Source of the DNA: a virus
Lineage: Duplodnaviria; Caudoviricetes
Direction: 5' to 3' (one strand)
DNA: 64,000 nt
Virus record (IMG/VR): IMGVR_UViG_3300032295_000707
Coordinates: 2,700-66,699 of that record
The notes below the pieces were generated by a model. It was given only the letters and a program-made list of their open reading frames with translations, searched no databases and was not told the origin of the DNA. Shown one piece after another: positions 34,768 to 42,584 of this stretch. The translations under genes were made by a program, and so were the position numbers. The number at the start of each line of letters is the position of its first letter. The first letter of the stretch is position 1.

Positions 34768-35192
34768 GTCTTGCCTTTGATATGAGAGCCATGTACACGG
34801 ACTTGTATATGTCCGTTATAGTATTCATCGGATTCTAATACTTTGCGGTCGAATTGTTCGCGGGCCTCAATGTAAGATGTTTCTGCTTTAGATTTACAAT
34901 AATAAAGTATTTCTCTTGAGAAGTTATCTTTGCCTAGTGATGTGATATCTGCTGTTAAATTAGGACTGGACCCGTAATACTCCTGCCAGTCGCTGTCGAT
35001 TTTGCTTCGAATCTTCTTTTTCTTCTTGGTGCCGTTCTTTAACTTTACAGTCTTGTAGGTCGTTTTACTAAATTTTGCTAACTTTTTGCCAATGTATCGG
35101 CGCCCCGAAGCTATATTGGTAATGCAATATACAAAACCGACACAGTCCTCGGGTAATTCATTTACAACTTGTCCTTGATAAGTCCAGGTCAT
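34764..35192 (-). CDS. Minimal GIY-YIG nuclease, 142 aa
   Basis: GFVYCITN....RRYIGKK, later YYGSS, EAREQF and YYNG residues fitting the GIY-YIG catalytic core; no C-terminal DNA-binding module. Confidence 0.85.
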   Translation of the reverse strand: MTWTYQGQVVNELPEDCVGFVYCITNIASGRRYIGKKLAKFSKTTYKTVKLKNGTKKKKKIRSKIDSDWQEYYGSSPNLTADITSLGKDNFSREILYYCKSKAETSYIEAREQFDRKVLESDEYYNGHIQVRVHGSHIKGKT

Positions 35193-35195
35193 TAA

Positions 35196-35390
35196 TTACT
35201 TTGCTGCTTTTTCTTCCTTGCGAGCGTTCTTAGTTTCAGTAATTTCGTTACGGCGTACCTTAACAGCCTTACCCATTTCAGCTAACGCCTTACGAGCACG
35301 AGTACCAGCTGCACTGTTACCGCTTTCAAACTTTGCATTTTCTGCCATGTATGCTTCGAATGCGGCTTGTAATTCTTGTTGTGAGTTCAT
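35196..35390 (-). CDS. Histone H1-like (Hc1-family-like) small basic protein, 64 aa
   Basis: KFESGNSAAGTRARKALAEM matches the GNxAAGTRARK motif I recall for short Hc1-family proteins; high-expression codons; AAGGA SD. Confidence 0.65.
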   Translation of the reverse strand: MNSQQELQAAFEAYMAENAKFESGNSAAGTRARKALAEMGKAVKVRRNEITETKNARKEEKAAK

Positions 35391-35391
35391 T

Positions 35392-35682
35392 TTAGTTTCC
35401 TTGATTTAATTTTTTAGCAGCTTTTTCTGCTTTCTTTTGTTCCCGTACACGCTTTTCTTCAGCCTGTATGCGAATAATCTCTTTCTTTGTTGCATCTAGA
35501 CTAGCTTTCATTGGTGTACATGCGTTCTTAACAGCATTGATTGCAAATTTTAACCTTTTAGATCTAACTCGATTTGGTGATTCGAGATAGTACATATGGG
35601 CATTATGCACTTCGCACACTTTAGAAATATAATCTTTATACATCTCTTTGTACTTGTTTAGCAGTTCTTCTTTTGTGGCCAT
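35392..35682 (-). CDS. Hypothetical basic helical protein, ~96 aa (likely start MATKEE at 35682)
   Basis: K-rich C-terminus; start chosen to avoid overlap with the upstream gene. Confidence 0.55.
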   Translation of the reverse strand: MATKEELLNKYKEMYKDYISKVCEVHNAHMYYLESPNRVRSKRLKFAINAVKNACTPMKASLDATKKEIIRIQAEEKRVREQKKAEKAAKKLNQGN

Positions 35683-35693
35683 ACAGATCTTGA

Positions 35694-36548
35694 TTAGTAA
35701 ACAGTCCAATCAACAATATGATCGCAAGATCTTACCAAAGTATTAGTAACTGACCTAGTCCACGGTTGTTGATCTACATATTCTAACTTACCTAAATTAA
35801 TATATCCCACAGCTAATCTTGGATCTTGTGGCGCATACGGCCAAATTAGTCCGCTAGAACTATAAAAATTCTCAAATTCTTGAGCCGATACCCTAATATC
35901 AAAGAATCTCAAAGTATGGAACGGGGATATGCTATGCTGTGGCAGTATTTGATCTGCAGGACAACCAGTGTCTTTGCTAATATACAGCTCTAAAGGATGT
36001 CTCCCAACATGAGGATAATGAAGTACTAAGTCTCCAAAATTTAAATTGGGACTAAACAATTTATAATCATCAATTTGAATTTCTTCCCAACTTGACCTAT
36101 GACTATTGGGACATAATAACAGATACATGAATTCTTTCTTCTTCTTCTTTACATTATATAGGAATTGTAGCTCATGAATCAAGTCGTTGTACACAGTTAG
36201 CTGTTTTCTTTTAGAGATATCTGTTTCTACTCGTTCTTGATTAGGAAAATGAACATGTAATCTGTTTAAACTTTCTTCAGGATCTAAGTTATTCCAATAT
36301 CCTTCAATCTTTTCAGGAAGCCATACATTAAGATCAGTGATTAAATTATCTAATTCCAATATCTTTGAATCCCAGTTACGAATAATTCCTCTCCAAGGAT
36401 CTAAACTATCTCTTAGTTGAGACGGATTACATTGACTTATCTGTTCCGCCCATTGCTGTGCAACCCTGTGAGACTCTAAGCGATATGTTAAAACACATCG
36501 CTTAGATTCTGATGCAATAGTAATTTCGTAAAAATTATGCTTCGACAT
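35694..36548 (-). CDS. Hypothetical protein, 284 aa
   Basis: Long ORF overlapping the gp46 stop by 14 nt; no family recognised. Confidence 0.65.
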   Translation of the reverse strand: MSKHNFYEITIASESKRCVLTYRLESHRVAQQWAEQISQCNPSQLRDSLDPWRGIIRNWDSKILELDNLITDLNVWLPEKIEGYWNNLDPEESLNRLHVHFPNQERVETDISKRKQLTVYNDLIHELQFLYNVKKKKKEFMYLLLCPNSHRSSWEEIQIDDYKLFSPNLNFGDLVLHYPHVGRHPLELYISKDTGCPADQILPQHSISPFHTLRFFDIRVSAQEFENFYSSSGLIWPYAPQDPRLAVGYINLGKLEYVDQQPWTRSVTNTLVRSCDHIVDWTVY

Positions 36549-38313
36549 AGTCGGTATCAGTAGCGTAGCTAGTGAATCCGTTCTCTTTAACTACTTTTAA
36601 CACATTGTTAACTCGTCCGATAAGTTCATCTTTATGACTAATCAAGTAAATGTTCTTATTCCGTTCACGACCCATCTTTTTAAGCACTGCTAACCCTGCT
36701 TCCACACCGGCAGCATCCATACCTGCATCAATTAACTCGTCAATAAACAACAAATTAATGTGTTGATACAAGTTTTCCCATACATCTCGGAACGCCCAAG
36801 ATAAACTTAGGATTAATCTGTTTCGTTCACCTCTAGAAAGATTATCAAAATCTAAGTCTTGTCCTAATTGGGTAATCTCAACATTTAAGTCATTTAAGAA
36901 AACAACCTGATGCGGCAAGCCAATTTTAGTAATATAATAGCCTAGTCGCTTGTTTAAGTAGTTTAAATTCTGATCGATAATCTTTTTACGAATAAAACTA
37001 TCTTTGTTTGTTAGCAGTTTAAGTAAAAACTCTTGATGATCTTTAACTTTTGTCAAGTTGTTTACTGTATCCCACTTAATTTCTTGAAGGGCTGTCTTTT
37101 TTAGTTCTTCAATTTGTTCTTCGTAGGGATTAAATTCGATGGCTTTAGCTTCTAAACTATTTTCTAAGCTCTTTAAATTGTTTTTATGGCCTAAGGCTTC
37201 TGCTTCTCGCTCGTAAAAAGTACTAGGCTTACGAAGTTGCACTCCGTCCCCAACTTCTTCTGCAATCTGTTTAAGTTGAGCCCTCATCCGTTGCCAATAT
37301 TCGTATGCTTCATCATGATGTTGTGTAGCAGTAGCAGTCATTTCTTCGTGCTTATGATCATGTAGTGCTTGTTCGCAAGCATGACATGTTTTGTTTGCTA
37401 GACTTTCTAATTCTTTTGTATACTTTGCTAGACTTTTTTCAGCTTGTATAACCGCAGACTCTACAGTGGCTTTTTGTTTATTAAGGTTTCGAATCTTTGT
37501 ATCGTTTTCTTCCCAAGCCTTTAGATCAATATGTGCCTGTAATTCGGCTTCAATGTCAACTGCTTCTAAACTAACAATAGCTTTACCTAAGTTTTCGAGC
37601 TCAGTTTGCTGTTTACTATCCCAAGCCTTGCTTTTAAATTGTAAACTATCAATGCTTTTCTGTACATTTTCGTTAGCTGCCTTGATTGCTTCAATTTTAG
37701 CAGCTTCTTGTTGAATAGCATCTTTACTTTCTTTAACTTGAGCTTTTAAAGATTCTGCTTTTTCGGAAAGTAATGTAATTCCTAGTAACTGTTCAATAAC
37801 TTCTCGTTGTTCAGCCGCCTTAAGACTTAAAAAAGGCTCTGTATATGTGTTCAACGCAACTAGATGCTTGAACATAGTATGGCTCATACCTAATAAGTGC
37901 TCAATAGTTTTCTGAGTTTCTCGGCTATCGCCTTGAGCATCATCTTCGTCCTTGGCTTTTACTTGCTCGTTGTCAACATAGAATTTAAGAACATTAGGCT
38001 TGCGTCCTCGTTCAATCTTATAAGATCTTCCTTGAACTTCAAACTCAACAGTTACTAACATAGCTTTGCCGTTAGTTTTGTTGATCAAGTTTTCTTTTTT
38101 GATGTTTGTAAGGGCATTACCATACAAAGCATAGCTCAAAGCATTAACAATAGTAGTTTTTCCAGTACCGTTCCTTGAACCGCTATCATCTCCGCCCATG
38201 TCTAAGTTTTCACCTAGCACTAAAGTTAGTTGATGCTTGTCAAAATCGACAGCCTGTGTTTGATTACCTACACTTAAAAAGTTTTTAACAGTTATATTCT
38301 TGAGTTTAAACAT
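36535..38313 (-). CDS. gp46: Recombination ATPase, Rad50/SbcC-like (T4 gp46), 592 aa
   Basis: KNFLSVG N-terminus, Walker A (GENLD...RNGTGKT), coiled coil with CHAC zinc hook, LSRGE signature, LLFIDE Walker B, LISH switch. Confidence 0.93.
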   Translation of the reverse strand: MFKLKNITVKNFLSVGNQTQAVDFDKHQLTLVLGENLDMGGDDSGSRNGTGKTTIVNALSYALYGNALTNIKKENLINKTNGKAMLVTVEFEVQGRSYKIERGRKPNVLKFYVDNEQVKAKDEDDAQGDSRETQKTIEHLLGMSHTMFKHLVALNTYTEPFLSLKAAEQREVIEQLLGITLLSEKAESLKAQVKESKDAIQQEAAKIEAIKAANENVQKSIDSLQFKSKAWDSKQQTELENLGKAIVSLEAVDIEAELQAHIDLKAWEENDTKIRNLNKQKATVESAVIQAEKSLAKYTKELESLANKTCHACEQALHDHKHEEMTATATQHHDEAYEYWQRMRAQLKQIAEEVGDGVQLRKPSTFYEREAEALGHKNNLKSLENSLEAKAIEFNPYEEQIEELKKTALQEIKWDTVNNLTKVKDHQEFLLKLLTNKDSFIRKKIIDQNLNYLNKRLGYYITKIGLPHQVVFLNDLNVEITQLGQDLDFDNLSRGERNRLILSLSWAFRDVWENLYQHINLLFIDELIDAGMDAAGVEAGLAVLKKMGRERNKNIYLISHKDELIGRVNNVLKVVKENGFTSYATDTDYVEA

Positions 38314-39326
38314 TATAGGTTATTGTAAATTTCTAACAACAGCTTCTTATCAAACTGTTCGGATTCTATGTTAATCAACTGTTCAGTAACAATCTGATCA
38401 ACTGATTCAAATTTAGCATCAGTAGCATCTTCTACTATTCCTTCTAAATTATCTTTTTCTTGTATTAGACTAATCTCTCTAATATCGTGTTCATTAATAA
38501 ATGTTTCTTTTAAGAAGTTTGCTTCTTCAAAACTAATATCAATATCTAACTGTACCTTCAAGTACATTTTAGATTTCATTAGATCGTCTTTTTCGTCAAT
38601 TAACCTGCTAAGTTTAATAGTTCTAAACTTAGGCGCATCGGGCCAAGCCCGGAATTGGGGCTCGCCGCCCCAGTCCATAAACATCATTCCGCGCTCATCG
38701 TCCCATGTATCTGCATAGTTGTGCGGGAACGAATTTCCAATGTACCAAATCTTGCCTTGATTTTGTCGTTTGTGGAAGTGTCCGCTAAACACATAGTCTG
38801 GCCCGTTAAAAGAGTCACTCTTTAATTCGCCGTGATCGGGCATTTGTACCATGGCGTTCATGTAAAATAGCGGAAGTTCGAAATGACCAAAAACATATTT
38901 GCTTTTAATTTCTTTCATCTTCTTCCATTCGTCACCCACTAACCACGGTACAAGGGTAACATCGCCTAGAGTGGTGACAGAGTCTACGACAGTTACGCCT
39001 GGAATATGGCGCCCGAACGCACTGCTATGGATATCTCGCTTGTCCTTGTAGAACAAATCGTGGTTACCAGGAAACCAAAAGAACTGCTCAAAGGCAGCAC
39101 CTAGCTTTTCCAAGCACCGCATACTAGTATCTAAAGTAATTAGATTAATAGAGTTGCGATTATGATGCCAGTCGCCAAGAAAGATACAAGTATCGCACCC
39201 TTCTTTCTTAGCTTCGTCTATAAACCAATCTACAAAGTCCTCACAATCTTGATTATGAGTTGAGCTATTTGACTTTAGCCCAAAGTGAATGTCTGTGAAA
39301 CATGCTACTTTTTTAAATAGTGACAT
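38313..39326 (-). CDS. gp47: Recombination nuclease, Mre11/SbcD-like (T4 gp47), 337 aa
   Basis: DIHFG, FLGDWHH, PGNHD, GHFE, SGHFH metallophosphoesterase motifs; TAATG coupling to gp46. Confidence 0.93.
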   Translation of the reverse strand: MSLFKKVACFTDIHFGLKSNSSTHNQDCEDFVDWFIDEAKKEGCDTCIFLGDWHHNRNSINLITLDTSMRCLEKLGAAFEQFFWFPGNHDLFYKDKRDIHSSAFGRHIPGVTVVDSVTTLGDVTLVPWLVGDEWKKMKEIKSKYVFGHFELPLFYMNAMVQMPDHGELKSDSFNGPDYVFSGHFHKRQNQGKIWYIGNSFPHNYADTWDDERGMMFMDWGGEPQFRAWPDAPKFRTIKLSRLIDEKDDLMKSKMYLKVQLDIDISFEEANFLKETFINEHDIREISLIQEKDNLEGIVEDATDAKFESVDQIVTEQLINIESEQFDKKLLLEIYNNL

Positions 39327-39374
39327 TAATTAGAATCCTTTACAGAACAGTTTAACAGGTAAACTGGGCAAAGG

Positions 39375-40277
39375 TCAAGCCTCTTCTTCTTCAATATCTG
39401 GCTCTTCAGATTTAGGCATCCTAAAGTTTTTATACAGTTCGGCTTGTCTTGCAATCTCAGTAGCAAACTCTGCTTGGTATTGTCTAGTTGAGCTAGGTGT
39501 TAATCCGTTTTCTTGTAACATATCGTCACGAATATTTTGCATTTTCTTTTCGATATTAAGAATTCGAGTAAAGCTATTAGTAACTGCGGCAGTATAATAG
39601 GCAAACGGGTTTTCGGATTTACTTTCGTCAAACTGTAAACCAATCTGACTTAACTGTAAAATAGCTTGTCCTTTCATTTCTTCGACATAAGTATATCCGC
39701 GCCAGTTACTGCGTTGTGCATATCTTTCGCTTAGTTTGATATACATTTTACCTAAGTTTTCAGTAATTCTACCGTGATCTTTGCTGAAGTGTCCTGTATC
39801 TAACGGACCCTTCCAATGACTCTTGCCCACGCAAATTAGCTCATCTTCTTCATTAAATTTCCAATGTTGGAACGGTGGAAAATTAACCTTATCATGCCCG
39901 TCGGCTGTGCTTTTTACTGTCTTTTTGCGCCCTGGCGCAAGAGGAATATGGTCAAATGTCATAATACGAATAACAACATCTGTTTTAGCAACTGTAGTGT
40001 AGTCCGGAGTACACTCTGCTAACTTAATTTTTTTATCACCTGATAGTCTTGCTGTGACAAACGCTTCGAGACCCATGCGTTTAGCTCGATTTCTTTTTGC
40101 TTCTGCTATAGTTCTAATGTTTACTTTGTCTAAATTTGTTAGAATAACATCATGTTGACTGTATTCCGGCTTGGCAAAAGTAGAAAAAGTATTTTTTGAT
40201 TTGTGGATTTCTGCTAGCAAGTCCTTGTTATTCAAGTACCGAACTTTGCGCCCGGTTGGGGAAATAGTTGTGGCCAT
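39375..40277 (-). CDS. gp55: Late-transcription sigma factor (T4 gp55-like), 300 aa
   Basis: YLNNKDLL, RYAQRSNWRGYTYVEEMKGQAILQL, FDESKSENPFAYYT motifs; adjacent to gp47/gp46 as in T4-like phages. Confidence 0.8.
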   Translation of the reverse strand: MATTISPTGRKVRYLNNKDLLAEIHKSKNTFSTFAKPEYSQHDVILTNLDKVNIRTIAEAKRNRAKRMGLEAFVTARLSGDKKIKLAECTPDYTTVAKTDVVIRIMTFDHIPLAPGRKKTVKSTADGHDKVNFPPFQHWKFNEEDELICVGKSHWKGPLDTGHFSKDHGRITENLGKMYIKLSERYAQRSNWRGYTYVEEMKGQAILQLSQIGLQFDESKSENPFAYYTAAVTNSFTRILNIEKKMQNIRDDMLQENGLTPSSTRQYQAEFATEIARQAELYKNFRMPKSEEPDIEEEEA

Positions 40278-40348
40278 CTGTCGTGGTCTCCTTTATTAAA
40301 CAGTGTAACATTTTTGTATTACCTGTGTCAACCGATTAAATGAGCATA

Positions 40349-40366
40349 TATTTACCCGGTTAAATA
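40349..40366. promoter_or_regulatory. Back-to-back divergent TAAATA cores (TATTTAC-CCGG-TTAAATA)
   Basis: Imperfect palindrome at the switch between the gp55 gene (minus) and the baseplate operon (plus). Confidence 0.5.
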
Positions 40367-40388
40367 AGCTATAAGGAATATTAAGAAC

Positions 40389-42281
40389 ATGCCATTCATT
40401 ATAGAAAACGGTGTAACACGAGAAGTAACTGACGAAGAGTACGATGCGTTTCGCTTAGCCAATAATATGCCAATTCCTAAATTTGGAACGGTAACTGCCC
40501 CAACCTTGTCTAATGCCACCGGGCTAGATATTAATTTAGTTAACAGTCCAATGACTAAAGTTAACACTAATATATTCACGGTTAATACTGAGTTACAAAG
40601 CGAAAAAAGATATTTAGATGATCAAAAATCTAAGTTAGCTGATAGGCAATCAAGATTAATTGAATATCAGGAGCAATTAGCAGCCGCTAAAGATATTGGT
40701 GCAAGTGAAAGTGAAATAGCTGCAATACAATCTAAAACTGATACACTAACTGCTAGGATTGAAAATACTCGGGCTAATATTGCTGATTCAGAAAGTCATG
40801 TTTCTTATCTTAATACTAAAATAGGTTCTTCTGATCTTCCGCCGAGGGCTGAAGCGTTTACCAATGAACAAAATGCTGAGTATAATGCACTTTCAGAAGA
40901 TCGACAATCTACTGTAGAAAATAATATCAATTCTGCTCCAACAGAAACAAATCGATCTCTTGAAGATGGAAATACAACAGTTCAAACATTTGATGATGGT
41001 TCAACTTTACAAACATTTGATGATGGGTCTACCCTTGCAACGGATACTGACGGTAACACAAGTTCAAGTCCTGCTACAGACGGCAATCCAGCATCGGACC
41101 CGTCTGCTCGAAGAGAAGCTGCTAAGGCCGAGCTCGATGCTGCAAAGGCTGACTTAGTTGCTAAACAACAAGCATCAGCAGACGCACAAGAAAGAGTAAT
41201 TGATGCTCAATTAGCAGTTGATGAAAAACGATCAGAGTTAGTAACAAAGCAAATTGCTCTGTCTGACGCAGAAACAGCAGTAGAAGAAAAACAAGAAGCA
41301 TTAGATGCCTTGGAAAATGATCCAAATTCTACAGTAGAAGAATTAGAAGCCGCTCAAGCAGAGCTAGACGCTGCCATAGACGAAGTACTAACTGCTACCG
41401 CAGAAGAAAGCGATGCTCAACAAGCAGTTGATGATGCTGAATCAGAATTAGAAACTGCTAACGAAGAAGCAGCTATTGCTGCGTCAGAAGTTGATGACGC
41501 TCAAGGTGTAGTTGATGATGCAGAGGCAGCATATGATGAAACTGGATATTCGTCTAATCAAGATGAAGATTCTACAAATACCAACAATTTATTTGAAGCC
41601 CGAGGCGATGGAAATGTTCCTGATCCATCCGTCGATGGCAGCGAAGTAGTTGTTACTGGAACCAGGCCTACAAGAACTTCTGCAAGGTGGTCAGGCTCGA
41701 ATGATATGAGAGTTATCTTACGGATACCTGATTTATATTTAAAAAGTACTTTAACAGAACCATTAAGAAATAATGGCGGAATTTTATTTCCATACACTCC
41801 TACCCTAAGTTACGATACTAGTGCTTCTTACGGAAATGTAAATCCTACCCATTCTAACTATACACAATACTTTTTTAAGAATAGTGCAGTTGGCCAAATT
41901 AGTCTAAGCGGTAAGTTTACTGTACAAAACGAAACAGAAGCAAAAATTTGGTTGTCAGTAGTACACCTTGGCAGAATGTTAACAAAGATGAGGTTTGGGT
42001 CTGATCAGTATGCAGGATCAGCACCGCCTGTGTGCAGACTTGACGGATACGGTGATATGGTCATTTCAAATGCTCCCGTCTCAGTTACTAACTTTAAATT
42101 TGACTTACCTGAAGGTGTTGACTATATTTCAGTTAAAGGATCCCCGTTTGGTAATTCTATGGTTCCTACTTTATCAACTATATCCTTTACATTGATACCG
42201 ATGTACAGTCGAGACGAAATTAGAAAATTCTCCGTTGACGGATTCTTAAACGGAAAACTTAGAGGAGCAGGATACTTATAA
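40389..42281 (+). CDS. Baseplate/tail-tube-initiator-like protein with long acidic coiled-coil N-terminal extension, 630 aa
   Basis: C-terminal ~200 aa: GGILFPYTPTLSY...PTHSNY...ISLSGKFTVQNE...PPVCRLDGYG...PV.VTNF, tube-fold (gp48/gp54-like) by my recognition; N-terminal ~430 aa heptad-rich. Confidence 0.65.
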   Translation: MPFIIENGVTREVTDEEYDAFRLANNMPIPKFGTVTAPTLSNATGLDINLVNSPMTKVNTNIFTVNTELQSEKRYLDDQKSKLADRQSRLIEYQEQLAAAKDIGASESEIAAIQSKTDTLTARIENTRANIADSESHVSYLNTKIGSSDLPPRAEAFTNEQNAEYNALSEDRQSTVENNINSAPTETNRSLEDGNTTVQTFDDGSTLQTFDDGSTLATDTDGNTSSSPATDGNPASDPSARREAAKAELDAAKADLVAKQQASADAQERVIDAQLAVDEKRSELVTKQIALSDAETAVEEKQEALDALENDPNSTVEELEAAQAELDAAIDEVLTATAEESDAQQAVDDAESELETANEEAAIAASEVDDAQGVVDDAEAAYDETGYSSNQDEDSTNTNNLFEARGDGNVPDPSVDGSEVVVTGTRPTRTSARWSGSNDMRVILRIPDLYLKSTLTEPLRNNGGILFPYTPTLSYDTSASYGNVNPTHSNYTQYFFKNSAVGQISLSGKFTVQNETEAKIWLSVVHLGRMLTKMRFGSDQYAGSAPPVCRLDGYGDMVISNAPVSVTNFKFDLPEGVDYISVKGSPFGNSMVPTLSTISFTLIPMYSRDEIRKFSVDGFLNGKLRGAGYL

Positions 42282-42583
42282 TGTCTACAGATTATTCAAA
42301 AACAAGCCCGTACTATACAACTTCGTTTAGTTACGGTTATTTAGATACTTTAAACTTTAGAGATATATCTGCTAATTCAGATGATGTATTGTATATTGTG
42401 ACTCAACAATATTCTATGCGCCCAGACTTACTAGCATATGATTTATATGGAGATCCGGGACTATGGTGGGTGTTCGCAGTTCGAAATAAATCAGTTCTTA
42501 AAGATCCGGTCTACGATATGCTGGCAGGACAGAGAATATACATTCCAAATTTAACTACCCTTCAAAACGAGTTAGGCATATAA
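42281..42583 (+). CDS. Baseplate wedge LysM-like protein (T4 gp53-like), 100 aa
   Basis: RPDLLAYDLYGDPGLWWVFA...IYIP motif. Confidence 0.75.
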   Translation: MSTDYSKTSPYYTTSFSYGYLDTLNFRDISANSDDVLYIVTQQYSMRPDLLAYDLYGDPGLWWVFAVRNKSVLKDPVYDMLAGQRIYIPNLTTLQNELGI

Positions 42584-42584
42584 T

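Noticed and set aside
34764-35192. GIY-YIG gene as a mobile homing endonuclease
   Set aside because: No C-terminal DNA-binding domain, no interrupted host gene, and tight translational coupling to neighbours suggest a resident gene
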